Of a stretch of 62,076 bases of DNA, positions 10,830 to 21,412 are shown one piece after another. Source of the DNA: an uncultured Erysipelotrichaceae bacterium (GTDB lineage Bacteria; Bacillota_I; Bacilli_A; RFN20; CAG-826); contig CADCFC010000001.1 in assembly GCA_902800645.1 (NCBI GenBank), forward strand, positions 188,907-250,982. Reading direction: 5' to 3'. The position numbers were made by a program, and so were the translations under genes. Below the pieces are notes generated by a model that did not search any database, was not told where the DNA came from, and saw only the letters and a list, made by a program, of their open reading frames with translations. How positions within the stretch are numbered: position 1 is the stretch's first letter; each line of letters begins with the position of its first letter.

Positions 10830-12830
10830 TCAAAAAGTAATTGTGCCTTCTTCATCCGTCCTTCTTATTGCTACCGAGTATTTTTTTAAAATAGCAATAA
10901 CTTCTTTGTGGGGATGTCCATAAATATTATTTACTCCACAGCTTATAATCCCTACCTTAGGCCTTAAATATTTTATAAATGCTTCACTTGTAGAAGTGTT
11001 AGACCCATGATGTCCAACTTTTAAAATGTCACATGGAATATATTTGTTATCTTTCATGATAGCGTTTTCAATCTTTTTAGGGGCGTCACCCATCACTAAA
11101 TAATTATAATTATTAATGTTAAATCCTATTACCAACGAGGAATCGTTTTCTTCCTTCCATAAGTCAGGATAGACATTGTAATTAGTTAAAGTTAGGCCAT
11201 AAGCGTTAATCGGGAACAAACTATAGTCTTTGATATAGTTAGAAACTGTAAAATTTTCAATTAGAGAATCTACCGCTCCTGAATGATCAAAATCATCATG
11301 AGTGGTAATTAATAAATCGATCTTATATATTATTTCGTTTTTGAAAAATGGAATTAGAACTTCGGTTGCAATATCTTTATATCTACTACCTCCAGTATCG
11401 ATTAATATTGTTTTATTTTTATAACGGATCAGCGTAGAGTCTCCTTGACCTACATTGATAAAACAAACATAATCCTTAAATATTGCCTTAATCGGTATAG
11501 ATAATGATGAAACAAGACCTATTATTATTGCGATAAAAGCATTCTTTAATGGTCTCAATCTAATCGATGCGTAATAAAGTAAAAATAAATATATAACAAT
11601 ATAGATGACGGATATATCACCATCCATTTGATGAATATATATTTTGGGATTAATCTTTTGAAAACCGGTCAATAAATAGAACAGTCTATTCGTTAAAAAA
11701 TTCACTGCGTTTGATATAGGTGAAACAATTATAGAAAGTAAGCCTAAAACAAAAATAAATAGATAAACCGGTGTAAATATTATTTCTAGTGGAAAAGATA
11801 AAATGGATAGCTCTGAATAATATTTAATCGTAAACGGAATAAAGGCTACTTTAATTAGTAATAAAGAAATAAACCATTTAGTAATTCTCTTTTTGAATTT
11901 AAATGAATTCTTAATAAATAATGCGATTATAGGAACGTAGAATGATAAAAAGAATGCATCCTGATATGCATAAAACGGATTAATTAATAGAAAGAATACA
12001 CCAACACCGCTAGAAAGAGCTAAATGCGAAATCTTCTTTTTCAAAAGATCATTTGTAACAAATTTAACCAGATATAAAGTGAAGAATTTTATTACCGTGA
12101 ATTTGGGGAATGTGAAGATAAAATAAGGCGTCATAAGCATCAGAGAAAAAATGTTTAAAAGTTTCTCTTTTTTAATGAATAAAGACAATAACTTCTTATT
12201 AACTTTATATAGAAAATAGAGGAACACTCCACTACTAGAAATAAGCCTTGCTATATGTAGATCTCTGCTTAGTTCAACTAGCTCATCATGACTACTATAA
12301 TTTAAAAGAATTGATCCTATTACGCCTCTAGTATTACCATCAAATTGATTCAGAAAGTTTTTCTTAACTGAATTAATTCTAAATGGAGTTAGAAATTTAA
12401 CCTCTATGCTTGTTACTTCTAACTGATAAAACACCCCTTTATTATTGAGATATTCATTAAAATTAAATTCGCTTTCTAGTGTTACAAAATTAGTGTTAAC
12501 TTTATTTCCTGTAATCGATAAATAGTCCCCTATTTCGTATCCGTGTTCTTTACTTTGAACATAATAGTTCTCAAACGAACTTGAAAAGATGAAATAGTTC
12601 TCTTTTACTTCTATGACAAATCCATAATAAGTTTCTTTAACATGATGAAATCTAATATAAGATAGACCAATTCCAAAAAGCATCACTACTCCACAAACTA
12701 ATAGCAATCGCTTTTTAAACTTTAGAAAAATAAGTAAGGCGAGTAAAACTAATTCAATTATGCTTGTAACTATAGTTACTCTAAAATTAATACCTATATA
12801 TAAAGAAAGGAATAAGAGTAAAATCGTCAC
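10830..12830 (-). CDS. comEC: ComEC/Rec2 competence DNA-uptake channel with metallo-beta-lactamase domain
   Basis: Multi-TM Competence domain, NVGQGDS, IDTGG, THDDFDH, KVGHHGS, YGHPH, RTDEEG. Confidence 0.9.
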   Translation of the reverse strand: MTILLLFLSLYIGINFRVTIVTSIIELVLLALLIFLKFKKRLLLVCGVVMLFGIGLSYIRFHHVKETYYGFVIEVKENYFIFSSSFENYYVQSKEHGYEIGDYLSITGNKVNTNFVTLESEFNFNEYLNNKGVFYQLEVTSIEVKFLTPFRINSVKKNFLNQFDGNTRGVIGSILLNYSSHDELVELSRDLHIARLISSSGVFLYFLYKVNKKLLSLFIKKEKLLNIFSLMLMTPYFIFTFPKFTVIKFFTLYLVKFVTNDLLKKKISHLALSSGVGVFFLLINPFYAYQDAFFLSFYVPIIALFIKNSFKFKKRITKWFISLLLIKVAFIPFTIKYYSELSILSFPLEIIFTPVYLFIFVLGLLSIIVSPISNAVNFLTNRLFYLLTGFQKINPKIYIHQMDGDISVIYIVIYLFLLYYASIRLRPLKNAFIAIIIGLVSSLSIPIKAIFKDYVCFINVGQGDSTLIRYKNKTILIDTGGSRYKDIATEVLIPFFKNEIIYKIDLLITTHDDFDHSGAVDSLIENFTVSNYIKDYSLFPINAYGLTLTNYNVYPDLWKEENDSSLVIGFNINNYNYLVMGDAPKKIENAIMKDNKYIPCDILKVGHHGSNTSTSEAFIKYLRPKVGIISCGVNNIYGHPHKEVIAILKKYSVAIRRTDEEGTITF

Positions 12831-13357
12831 GCGTGCAAAATCACATAGTTACGTATTTTATGATATGTTGCATTGCCAATCCCGTAGACTTCTAAAAGCT
12901 GCTCAAGCGTTGAAAATAGACCATTTTCAGTTCGATAAGTAACAATTGAATTAGCAATCGTATTTGTAATGCCGTTCACAGTCGCTAAAGTAGTTGCGTC
13001 ATCACTATTAACATTTACTTTGTCCACTTCATTTACATTACATAAATCATTTGAATCGAAACGACTAGCAATATAGTAAGTCATTCCTTTTGCGAGCTCT
13101 GCGGTCTCATAATACGCTCTTTCGTCAGCGTTATTTGTTGTTCCACCACACTTTTCTAAGAGGTCACTCATGAGTGCTCCTTCATTTAATGTGTAAGAGC
13201 CTTCTTTATAAACCTCTCCTTCAACAGTTACAGTAAATGTATTAGCGACTTCAGTAACGTTTCCTACGCTCTGAATACCAATACTTGGATCGAGTACAAG
13301 AAATGTCCCAATTACTGCGATTGCGACAATTACGACCCCGATGAGTATCTTGATCAT
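12827..13357 (-). CDS. comEA: ComEA DNA receptor (SLBB + HhH)
   Basis: N-terminal TM, VEGEVYKEG, KVNVN...YRTENGLF...VYGIG; overlaps comEC start. Confidence 0.9.
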   Translation of the reverse strand: MIKILIGVVIVAIAVIGTFLVLDPSIGIQSVGNVTEVANTFTVTVEGEVYKEGSYTLNEGALMSDLLEKCGGTTNNADERAYYETAELAKGMTYYIASRFDSNDLCNVNEVDKVNVNSDDATTLATVNGITNTIANSIVTYRTENGLFSTLEQLLEVYGIGNATYHKIRNYVILHA

Positions 13358-13438
13358 TTTTATATACCCCCTTCATTTACTTAAATAGGGTCGAAATCAG
13401 AAAAAGTTCACAAAATAGTTATATTATTTTTAAACAAC

Positions 13439-13464
13439 AAAAAAAGCCCTTACATGTAAGGGCT
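13439..13464 (-). terminator. Intrinsic terminator after greA
   Basis: Palindrome AGCCCTTACATGTAAGGGCT followed by T-tract on the minus strand. Confidence 0.8.
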
Positions 13465-13480
13465 ATATTCTTTCAAAAAA

Positions 13481-13960
13481 TTAGGCGCCAATTTTGACTA
13501 CTTCAACTTTGTAGTTCTTTTTGGCTTTAACATCAACGACTTCACCAACGGCTTTTCCAATAAGTGCTTCTCCTAATGGGCAAGCGTTAGAAATCTTGTT
13601 TGAGAATGGATCGCTTTCAACAGTACCAACAATCATGTATTTTTCTTCTTTTCCAGTTTCTAAGAATCTAATTGTAACGGTAGAGCCAAGAGCAACCTTG
13701 TCTCCTTTTTTCTTAGAAGATTTTTCGTCACTAATTAATTCTGAATTAGAAAGAATATCTTCGATTTCTTTAATACGTCCTTCAACTTCGGCTTGTCTAT
13801 TTCTAGCAGCATCGTAATCAGCGTTTTCACTTAAGTCGCCTTGAGCACGAGCTTCAGCAAGTTGTCTTTTGACTTCTTCACGAGCTTCATCGATTAAATA
13901 TCTCAGTTCTTTTTCAAGTTCTTCTTTACCAGCTTTTGTTAATTTAATTTTATCTGCCAT
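13481..13960 (-). CDS. greA: Transcription elongation factor GreA
   Basis: EARAQGDLSENADYDAA, IVGTVESDP, SNACPLGEALIG. Confidence 0.97.
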   Translation of the reverse strand: MADKIKLTKAGKEELEKELRYLIDEAREEVKRQLAEARAQGDLSENADYDAARNRQAEVEGRIKEIEDILSNSELISDEKSSKKKGDKVALGSTVTIRFLETGKEEKYMIVGTVESDPFSNKISNACPLGEALIGKAVGEVVDVKAKKNYKVEVVKIGA

Positions 13961-14088
13961 AAGGATACCTCTTATTTATAGTCAAGCGTTATTATATCAA
14001 TAACGGTATCACAATTCTATATTTTATTTTGAATAATTAGTTTTGGTTTGTTTATAAAAGCATTTCAATCATATATAATTGAAAAGCA

Positions 14089-14676
14089 ATGAAAAAAGAC
14101 AGCTATCTTAAACGACTATTAACTTTGTTCCTCACTTTCCTGAAAGTGGGTGCTTTAACTTTTGGTGGCGGATATGCAATGATTTCAATCATTGAAGATG
14201 AGGTTACTAGAAAAAGAAAATGGATAAGTGAGATAGAAATATTAGACATCTTAGCAATAAGTGAAACCACACCTGGACCAATCGCTGTTAATGCAGCAAC
14301 TTATGTCGGATATAAAGTAGGCGGAGTTTTAGGCAGTATTATCGCTACACTAGGGCTAGCACTTCCATCTTTTATTATCATCTTTGTTATTTCATTCTTT
14401 TATAAAGACTTCATGCAGTGGCAAATCATTCAAGCGGCGTTTAAAGGACTGAAGGTTGGGGTCGTTTTACTTCTTCTTAATGCAGTAATGAAGTTAAGAA
14501 AAGGAGTAAAAGTTAACTTTGTTGGAATAGTCTTATTTGTCATTGCTTTAAGCGTAATGATTATTACTACAATCTTCACAGTTTCGTTTAAATATCTTTC
14601 TCTTTGCCTAATTTTATTAGGCATAATTACTGGGATTGTTTTGACTTTATTAGGTAAGGAGGGTGATAAAGAATGA
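14089..14676 (+). CDS. Short-chain chromate transporter (CHR), first half-subunit
   Basis: FLKVGALTFGGGYAM, SETTPGPIAVN. Confidence 0.92.
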   Translation: MKKDSYLKRLLTLFLTFLKVGALTFGGGYAMISIIEDEVTRKRKWISEIEILDILAISETTPGPIAVNAATYVGYKVGGVLGSIIATLGLALPSFIIIFVISFFYKDFMQWQIIQAAFKGLKVGVVLLLLNAVMKLRKGVKVNFVGIVLFVIALSVMIITTIFTVSFKYLSLCLILLGIITGIVLTLLGKEGDKE

Positions 14677-15248
14677 TCTTTTTCGAACTTTTCTATACCT
14701 TCTTCTTAATTGGTTTATTCACCTTTGGTGGCGGATACGCGATGATTCCAATGATTCAAGAACAAGTCGTTGGAAAAGGATGGATTTCTTCTTCCGCGCT
14801 TACTGATTTTATTGCGATAAGTGAAGTTACCCCTGGTCCATTCGCGTTAAATATATCAACATTTGTTGGTAATACGGTTGGCAGTCCTTTTGGAGCAGTA
14901 TGCTCTACTTTAGGAGTAATCCTTCCATCGCTAATCATCATTATCATTGTGGCGATAGTCATGAATAAGTTCATCACTAATCGCTTTGTTAAAGGTGCAT
15001 TAAATGGAGTTAAACCAATCGTTTTGGCGTTAATTTTAAGTACAGCTTTAATTTTGTTAATCAAGATTCTCTTCTTTAATGGACAATCTTTCCAAAGTGA
15101 ATTTAGCTTCGATAAAAAGAGTTTAACTCTTTTGATACTTTTATTCAGCTATACATTTATTAGCAAAAAGATAAACAAAAAGAGCGTCTCCCCAATTTGT
15201 TTACTCGGGATTAGCGCTCTATTAGGAATAATTATTTTTTCAGTTTAA
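14673..15248 (+). CDS. Short-chain chromate transporter (CHR), second half-subunit
   Basis: FLIGLFTFGGGYAM, SEVTPGPF; overlaps the stop of its partner. Confidence 0.92.
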   Translation: MIFFELFYTFFLIGLFTFGGGYAMIPMIQEQVVGKGWISSSALTDFIAISEVTPGPFALNISTFVGNTVGSPFGAVCSTLGVILPSLIIIIIVAIVMNKFITNRFVKGALNGVKPIVLALILSTALILLIKILFFNGQSFQSEFSFDKKSLTLLILLFSYTFISKKINKKSVSPICLLGISALLGIIIFSV

Positions 15249-15508
15249 TCTTCAACTTCAAAGTTGTCTTCATTGAATGCGTTAAATACTTCTTCAATTT
15301 CTTCGTATTCTTCTTCGCTTTCAATCTCTAATAACTCGCCGTTATCGTTATATTCCATTGCGATAACTTCGTCTGGGTTATTTTTTTCATATAAGAAGAC
15401 ATATTTTTTATTTCTTTCTGGATGCTCATAAGTAAAGAGGATTTCCATCACTCTTTCATTGCCTTTTTCATCCATGATAGTAATTTGCTTTTCATCCATC
15501 AATTCCAT
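15245..15508 (-). CDS. DUF1292 (YrzB-like) acidic protein
   Basis: ITIMDEKGNE...ILFT...KKYV...IESEEE; conserved position after ruvX. Confidence 0.85.
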   Translation of the reverse strand: MELMDEKQITIMDEKGNERVMEILFTYEHPERNKKYVFLYEKNNPDEVIAMEYNDNGELLEIESEEEYEEIEEVFNAFNEDNFEVED

Positions 15509-15512
15509 GTTT

Positions 15513-15935
15513 TTATCTTCCTTTCATTCTTAAATAAAAATCTAATATTTCACACGCCGCTAAACGATCAACGCTTTGCTTATGTTCTTTTCCTTTAACA
15601 TTCATATCATATAGCGTTTTATGAGCGGAAATAGAAGTCATTCTCTCGTCTTGAAGTTCAATTTTTAAAGAGGAATCTTCTTTTAATAAATCCTCCATAA
15701 AACGTTTTGAGGATTCGGCTCTAAAGCCTAAAGAGCCATCCATGTTAATTGGTAAACCAATTACAATGTTTTTAATCCCAGTTTGCATAACAACTTCATG
15801 GACTCTTTTTCTGGCTTGCGAATAAGCTTCTTTAGGAAAGCGAAACGTCTCAAGGCCATGAACAAATCCAAGGATATCACTCGTGGCGATGCCTAATGTA
15901 GTTGTTCCTAAATCAAGGCCGATATATTTATCCAT
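15513..15935 (-). CDS. ruvX: RuvX/YqgF-family nuclease
   Basis: IGLDLGTTTLGIA, VIGLPINMDG, DERMTS, VDRLAA. Confidence 0.93.
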   Translation of the reverse strand: MDKYIGLDLGTTTLGIATSDILGFVHGLETFRFPKEAYSQARKRVHEVVMQTGIKNIVIGLPINMDGSLGFRAESSKRFMEDLLKEDSSLKIELQDERMTSISAHKTLYDMNVKGKEHKQSVDRLAACEILDFYLRMKGR

Positions 15936-18529
15936 TATTTCAAAAATTCCTTCGTTTCATTAATGGCGTCATTAATTTTGCTCTTATCTTTGCCAGCACC
16001 ACTAGCGAAATCTGGACGTCCGCCGCCCGATCCTCCTAATAGACCAGCAACTTTTCTAACTAAATCACCAGCTTTAAATGATTTTAATGCTTCGCCGTTT
16101 ACACTACAAAGAACTGATAAATCATCTCCGATAAGAACGATAACTGAATTAGAATGGCTAACTTTAAGTTTATCAATAAGAGTAGATAAGCCAGCACGAT
16201 TATTATCCTTAATGTACTTGACTAATACTTCAATTCCATTAGTAGAAACAAACTCAGAATTAATTGCATTAGCTTCACTATTAGCGAGCTTACTATTTAA
16301 TGATTCTAAATTCTTTTTAAGCTCGTTCTTTTCATTCATCAAAGCATTAAGTCTAATCGAGACTTCACCATAGCTTCCAGCACCAAGAATATTTCTTGCT
16401 TGGTTCAACATATTTTCACGTTTCTTTAAGAGCTCATAAGCGCCGATAGAAGTACGAGCTACAATACGGCGAACACCACTAGCGACGCTCTCTTCGCTTT
16501 CAATAACAAATACACCAATATCTTGGGTATTTTTAACATGTGTTCCTCCACAAAATTCTTTACTAACTTCACCGAAACAAACTACTCTTACAACGTCTCC
16601 ATATTTCTCATCAAAGAGAGCTTTAGCGCCAAGTTTCTTTGCCTCATCAATAGAGAGAACTTTGGTCTCTTCTACGATTGCTTCGCTAATCCAACGATTA
16701 ACCTTTCTTTCAACTTCAGCAATCTCTTCTTCTTTCATTTTTTCAAAATGTGAGAAGTCAAAGTGAATGTATTCACTAGAAACGTAACTACCTTTTTGAG
16801 CAACGTGATTTCCGAGCACTTCTGTTAGCGCACTTTGTAATAAGTGGACTGATGAATGGTTTCTCGCAATAAGTTTACGGGCGAGTTCATCGATTTTTAA
16901 AGTGACTTTGTCACCAACTTTAATCTCTCCATAAAGCACACTGACATGATGCAAATGTTGTTTATTTGGGGCTTTAGAGACATTAGAGACTCTAGCTTCC
17001 ATGTTATCGTTTTTGATAATTCCATTATCTGCAATTTGTCCACCGCTCTCGGCATAGAATGGAGTTTCTTTTACAATTAAGTCACCTTCTCCAGTAAGAG
17101 AGTCAACTTTTTCTCCGTCAACGAAGATTCCAATAACTACACTTTGAATCTCAGTCTTTTCGTAATTGAATTCACTTGGAACAGTAAACTTCATTAAATC
17201 GATAGATTGCTTATTCATGGATTGTAGATCTCCACGAGCGGCTCTCGCTCTTTCTTTTTGTTTATTCATCTCTTCGTTAAATTCTTTAATGTCCACTGTG
17301 ACACCTTTTTCTTCACAAATTTCTAGAGTTAATTCTTTTGGGAATCCAAACGTATCATAAAGCTTAAACATGTCTTTGCCAGATAAAGTCTTACTATCTT
17401 TGAGTAAGTTGTTTAATAAAGCTTCGCCGTTAGATAAAGTTTTAATAAATTTCTCTTCTTCGGCGATGATTAATTTCTTAACATATTCCTTCTTTTCAAT
17501 TAAGTAAGGATAGAAATCCTTCATAATATCCACAACGATATCAACAAGTTGATATAAGAATGGTTTGTTAATACCTAAGACTCTTCCAAATCTTTCTGCT
17601 CTTCTAACTAATCTACGTAAGACATATCCACGTCCTTCGTTAGAAAACACTTCTCCGTCAGCAGTAGCAAAAGTCACCGCACGGATATGATCAGCAATAA
17701 CTCTAAAGGCCATTTTGTTATCTTCATATTTAACACCAGATAACTTCTCAACGCTTTCAATAATTGGCCAGAATAAATCGGTCTCAAAGTTTGATTGAGT
17801 TTCTTGCATGACACAGGCAAGTCTTTCAAGTCCTGCACCTGTATCGATGTTTTTACTTGGAAGTTCTTTATATTCGCTTCTCTTTTTACCGCTAACAGCA
17901 TTAAATTGAGAGAAAACAATATTCCATATTTCAATATAGCGGTCATTTTCCATATCGTTTTTAAGCAGGTCGATGCCAATATGCTTTGGATCATATTTTT
18001 CTCCGCGGTCAAAATATATTTCAGTATCAGGGCCGCAAGGACCATCTCCAATTTCCCAGAAATTGCTCTCAAGAGGAATCATATGATCTTCACTCATGCC
18101 ACAAGATACCCAAAGTTTTTTAGTTTCAAAATCATCTGGGAAATAAGTTATATATAACTTATCTTTATCAAATCCAAAATACTTATCACTCGTTAATAAT
18201 TCAAAGGCCCATGGGATAACTTCGTTTCTAAAATAATCTCCAATAGAGAAATTGCCGAGCATTTCAAAGAATGTATGGTGTCTATCGGTTTTACCGACAT
18301 TTTCAATATCATTAGTTCTAATGCTTTTTTGGGCATTAGTGATTCTTCTACTAGGTGGAACTTCACTGCCATCAAAATATTTCTTTAACGCTGCAACACC
18401 CGCATTGATCCATAAAAGAGTTGGGTCATTTTTTGGAATTAATGAGCTTCCTGGTTCAATGTGATGTCCTTTACTTTCAAAGAACTTGAGCCATGTGCTT
18501 CTAATTTCACTTCCAGACATTTTCTTCAT
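15935..18529 (-). CDS. alaS: Alanine--tRNA ligase
   Basis: DPTLLWINAG, HHTFFEMLGNFSIGDYF, DTGAGLERL, CGGTH, GGSGGGRPDFASG. Confidence 0.99.
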   Translation of the reverse strand: MKKMSGSEIRSTWLKFFESKGHHIEPGSSLIPKNDPTLLWINAGVAALKKYFDGSEVPPSRRITNAQKSIRTNDIENVGKTDRHHTFFEMLGNFSIGDYFRNEVIPWAFELLTSDKYFGFDKDKLYITYFPDDFETKKLWVSCGMSEDHMIPLESNFWEIGDGPCGPDTEIYFDRGEKYDPKHIGIDLLKNDMENDRYIEIWNIVFSQFNAVSGKKRSEYKELPSKNIDTGAGLERLACVMQETQSNFETDLFWPIIESVEKLSGVKYEDNKMAFRVIADHIRAVTFATADGEVFSNEGRGYVLRRLVRRAERFGRVLGINKPFLYQLVDIVVDIMKDFYPYLIEKKEYVKKLIIAEEEKFIKTLSNGEALLNNLLKDSKTLSGKDMFKLYDTFGFPKELTLEICEEKGVTVDIKEFNEEMNKQKERARAARGDLQSMNKQSIDLMKFTVPSEFNYEKTEIQSVVIGIFVDGEKVDSLTGEGDLIVKETPFYAESGGQIADNGIIKNDNMEARVSNVSKAPNKQHLHHVSVLYGEIKVGDKVTLKIDELARKLIARNHSSVHLLQSALTEVLGNHVAQKGSYVSSEYIHFDFSHFEKMKEEEIAEVERKVNRWISEAIVEETKVLSIDEAKKLGAKALFDEKYGDVVRVVCFGEVSKEFCGGTHVKNTQDIGVFVIESEESVASGVRRIVARTSIGAYELLKKRENMLNQARNILGAGSYGEVSIRLNALMNEKNELKKNLESLNSKLANSEANAINSEFVSTNGIEVLVKYIKDNNRAGLSTLIDKLKVSHSNSVIVLIGDDLSVLCSVNGEALKSFKAGDLVRKVAGLLGGSGGGRPDFASGAGKDKSKINDAINETKEFLK

Positions 18530-18551
18530 ATTGTCTTTCCTCCAAATATAT

Positions 18552-18765
18552 AAAAACGTTCCTAATTTAGGAACGAACTTTGCCGCGATACCATCCTATT
18601 TCCTATTCCGTTTCAGAATAGACTCTTACTTATAGTTATATCGTTAACTTTACGGTGGCATTACCCACATGACAGGGAGTGGCCCATTTATTTTCTATTA
18701 CGTTATTCCAGCCTAGTAACGTTTCTCTATTAATAGAAGAAATAAATTTCTTTCCCTCAACTGTG
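18552..18765 (-). promoter_or_regulatory. T-box riboswitch (Ala) upstream of alaS
   Basis: Minus strand: Stem I with AGAGA and GCTG boxes, specifier GCC (plus-strand ggc 18681-18683), T-box GGATGGTATCGCG (18584-18596), terminator CGTTCCTA-AAT-TAGGAACG-TTTTT. Confidence 0.9.
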
Positions 18766-18816
18766 ATAATAATACATTATTAACGATCGATTAACAATAA
18801 TTTTTACGCGCATAAT

Positions 18817-18842
18817 AAAAGTCAACGTTACCGCTGACTTTT
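18817..18842 (-). terminator. Intrinsic terminator after rubredoxin
   Basis: AAAAGTCAGCG-GTAA-CGTTGACTTTT on the minus strand. Confidence 0.7.
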
Positions 18843-18847
18843 AAGTA

Positions 18848-19006
18848 TTATTCTTGTTTTTCGAATGAATCTTTTGGTAAACCACACCATGGACACAAAT
18901 AAGATTCAGGTAAATCTTCAAACTTTGTTCCTGGAGCAATACCATTTGCTTCATCCCCTACTTCTTCATCATAGACAAAGCCGCAGGCTGGACAAACGTA
19001 TTTCAT
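18848..19006 (-). CDS. Rubredoxin (52 aa; absent from the ORF track)
   Basis: Manual translation [52 protein letters not shown]; two CxxCG motifs, PGTKFEDLP signature, AAGGAG SD. Confidence 0.96.
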   Translation of the reverse strand: MKYVCPACGFVYDEEVGDEANGIAPGTKFEDLPESYLCPWCGLPKDSFEKQE

Positions 19007-19017
19007 GCTTTTCTCCT

Positions 19018-20817
19018 TTATTCAATTGGCTCAAAATCACTCGCGCCGTGCTTACAAAGTGGACAGACAATATCTTCAGGTAATGTATCACCTTCATAAA
19101 CATATCCACACACCTTACAAACAAAGCCCTTTTTCTTTTGAGTGTCAGGTTTAGGTTTGACGTTAGCTTGATAATAATTATATGTCATTGTTTCGACATT
19201 ATTAATGACTTTACTTTCAGTAACTGAACATATAAACATTCCGTGAGTGCCTAAATCAACGTATTGATCGACTTTTAAAGAAATCACTGAATTAACATAG
19301 TTAGTTAGTACCGCTAAGCCGTTCGCGCTTCTAACAATTTCTTTTCCTTCGAATTTGTTTTTATCTCTACCAGAGACAAAGCCATATTCTTTAAAGACTG
19401 AGAAAGGGGCTTCAATATTTAAGCAATTAACATTAAGAACACCAGTCTTTTTGATGATGTCGTGAGAATAGTTTGCTTTATTAATATTGACTGCCACTCT
19501 TAAAGGAGTATCAGTTAATTGAGTAACTGTATTAACGATTAATCCGTTATCTTTGTCACCATCTCTACTAGTAACAACATATAAACCATATCCAATTTTA
19601 AATAGAGCCTTAGAATCTACTTCTGGTTTTTTCTCCTCTTTAATTTCCTTAGTCGCTTTATATTCCTCACTTAATGCATCAGCAAGTTTAGAAATTTGTT
19701 CTTCGTTTTCTTCATTCATCGATGACAAAATGCGAACAGTTGGAGAAAGGATAGTAACGTTTTTACTATTAGCGAGTTTATCGCTCATAACCTTAGCCGC
19801 CATTGGAGCCCAAGTGCCGTTTTCAATAAGTCCAATTTTCTTATTCTGGAAGTTTCTTTCAACTAAATGAGCGATGAACGTTTCCATGAATGGAAATATT
19901 CCTGCGTTATATGTGGTAGTAGCTAAAACTATTTTTCCATATCTAAAGGCATCTTCAACACATTCCGCCATATCTTCTCTAGCTAAATCATTAACGACAA
20001 CTTTAGGAGTTCCGTTAGCTTTTAATTTTTCAGCGAGTAATTCAACGGCTTTTTTAGTGTGACCATATACGGAAGTATAGAAAATGGCGACACCTTCTGT
20101 TTCTGTTTTATATGAACTCCAAGTGTCATATAAGCCTAAATAATAGCCAAGGTTTTCACTAAGAATAGGTCCGTGTAATGGACAGATGATTTGAATGTCT
20201 AAAGTACTAGCCTTTTTAAGAAGGGCTTGAACTTGTGCGCCATATTTTCCAACGATACCAATATAGTATCTTCTTGCTTCGCACGCCCAATCTTCTTCAA
20301 CATCAAGGGCACCGAATTTGCCAAATCCATCAGCGGAAAATAATACTTTGTCTTTGTCGTCATAAGTGACCATTACTTCTGGCCAATGCACCATAGGTGC
20401 AAAGACGAAATGTAAAGTATGATTTCCAAGCGATAAAGTATCGCCTTCATTAACGACGAGTTTGTGTTTAATTTCTTCATGAAAGAATTGTTCCATCATC
20501 TTAAAGGTCTTAGCGTTACCAACCACGAACATATCAGGATATTCTTTGACAAGATTCATGATATTTGCAGAGTGGTCTGGTTCCATATGTTGAACCACTA
20601 AATATGTTGGTTTGTCTTTTCCAAGAACTTCTTTAATATTGGCGAGCCATTCTTTTGTGAAGTGTTGATCAACTGTATCCATGATGGCGATTAGTTCATC
20701 TTTGATGACGTATGAGTTATACGCCATACCATTAGGAACGACATATTGTCCTTCAAAAAGATCAACTTGATGGTCGTTTACACCGACGTAAAAAATATCA
20801 TTTGTAACTTTCTTCAT
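19018..20817 (-). CDS. Multidomain flavodiiron protein (beta-lactamase + flavodoxin + flavin reductase + rubredoxin domains)
   Basis: HMEPDH, MVHWP, SADGFG, PLHG diiron ligands; SVYGHT FMN loop; [15 protein letters not shown] reductase; CKVCGY..CPLCK. Confidence 0.92.
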   Translation of the reverse strand: MKKVTNDIFYVGVNDHQVDLFEGQYVVPNGMAYNSYVIKDELIAIMDTVDQHFTKEWLANIKEVLGKDKPTYLVVQHMEPDHSANIMNLVKEYPDMFVVGNAKTFKMMEQFFHEEIKHKLVVNEGDTLSLGNHTLHFVFAPMVHWPEVMVTYDDKDKVLFSADGFGKFGALDVEEDWACEARRYYIGIVGKYGAQVQALLKKASTLDIQIICPLHGPILSENLGYYLGLYDTWSSYKTETEGVAIFYTSVYGHTKKAVELLAEKLKANGTPKVVVNDLAREDMAECVEDAFRYGKIVLATTTYNAGIFPFMETFIAHLVERNFQNKKIGLIENGTWAPMAAKVMSDKLANSKNVTILSPTVRILSSMNEENEEQISKLADALSEEYKATKEIKEEKKPEVDSKALFKIGYGLYVVTSRDGDKDNGLIVNTVTQLTDTPLRVAVNINKANYSHDIIKKTGVLNVNCLNIEAPFSVFKEYGFVSGRDKNKFEGKEIVRSANGLAVLTNYVNSVISLKVDQYVDLGTHGMFICSVTESKVINNVETMTYNYYQANVKPKPDTQKKKGFVCKVCGYVYEGDTLPEDIVCPLCKHGASDFEPIE

Positions 20818-20820
20818 AAA

Positions 20821-21327
20821 TTATTTTCCAATCCAAGCATCAAGCTTATCATCAACGGAATTTACTTGGCTTCCTTTACACGCAAATCCTTTTTTAACAA
20901 TCGCACCTTTTAATGAACCTTTGAGTTCCATTTCTGCTAGTCCTAAAGCGCCTTCTTCATTCGTGGCGAAAGGATAGACGACTTTGCCAACCCAATTATG
21001 ATCTCTAATAAAGGTAGCGACAATGCGTGGATAAGTTCTCCACCAGCAAGGGAATCCGAGATAAATAACATCGTATTCATCTAAAGATGAAAGAGGGTGT
21101 AAATATGGGATTCTTTCATTATATTGATCCTCAATCTTACTTCTTTTTACACATTCCTCATAAGAAGATGGGTAAGGATTTTCTGGCTCAAGTTTAAACA
21201 TTTCTCCGCCGGTTCTTGCTTGAATCTTTTCTGCAATTATTTCAGTAAAGCCTTTATGGATAATTTCTGTTTCACCATTAACCATGTTTTCTCCGACTCG
21301 AGAAAAATAGACAATTAAAGTTTTCAT
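20821..21327 (-). CDS. Flavodoxin-like protein
   Basis: LIVYFSRVGEN, YDVIYLGFPCWW, PFATNE. Confidence 0.85.
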   Translation of the reverse strand: MKTLIVYFSRVGENMVNGETEIIHKGFTEIIAEKIQARTGGEMFKLEPENPYPSSYEECVKRSKIEDQYNERIPYLHPLSSLDEYDVIYLGFPCWWRTYPRIVATFIRDHNWVGKVVYPFATNEEGALGLAEMELKGSLKGAIVKKGFACKGSQVNSVDDKLDAWIGK

Positions 21328-21412
21328 AACGATAATACCTCAAGAATCATTATTACATAATAAATGAACTTTACGAAAGAATTTTTATTTAAAATAAAAG
21401 ATTATAAAATAG

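Noticed and set aside
18865-19083. 72-aa plus-strand ORF in the apparent gap before alaS
   Set aside because: Antisense to the real rubredoxin gene at 18848..19006
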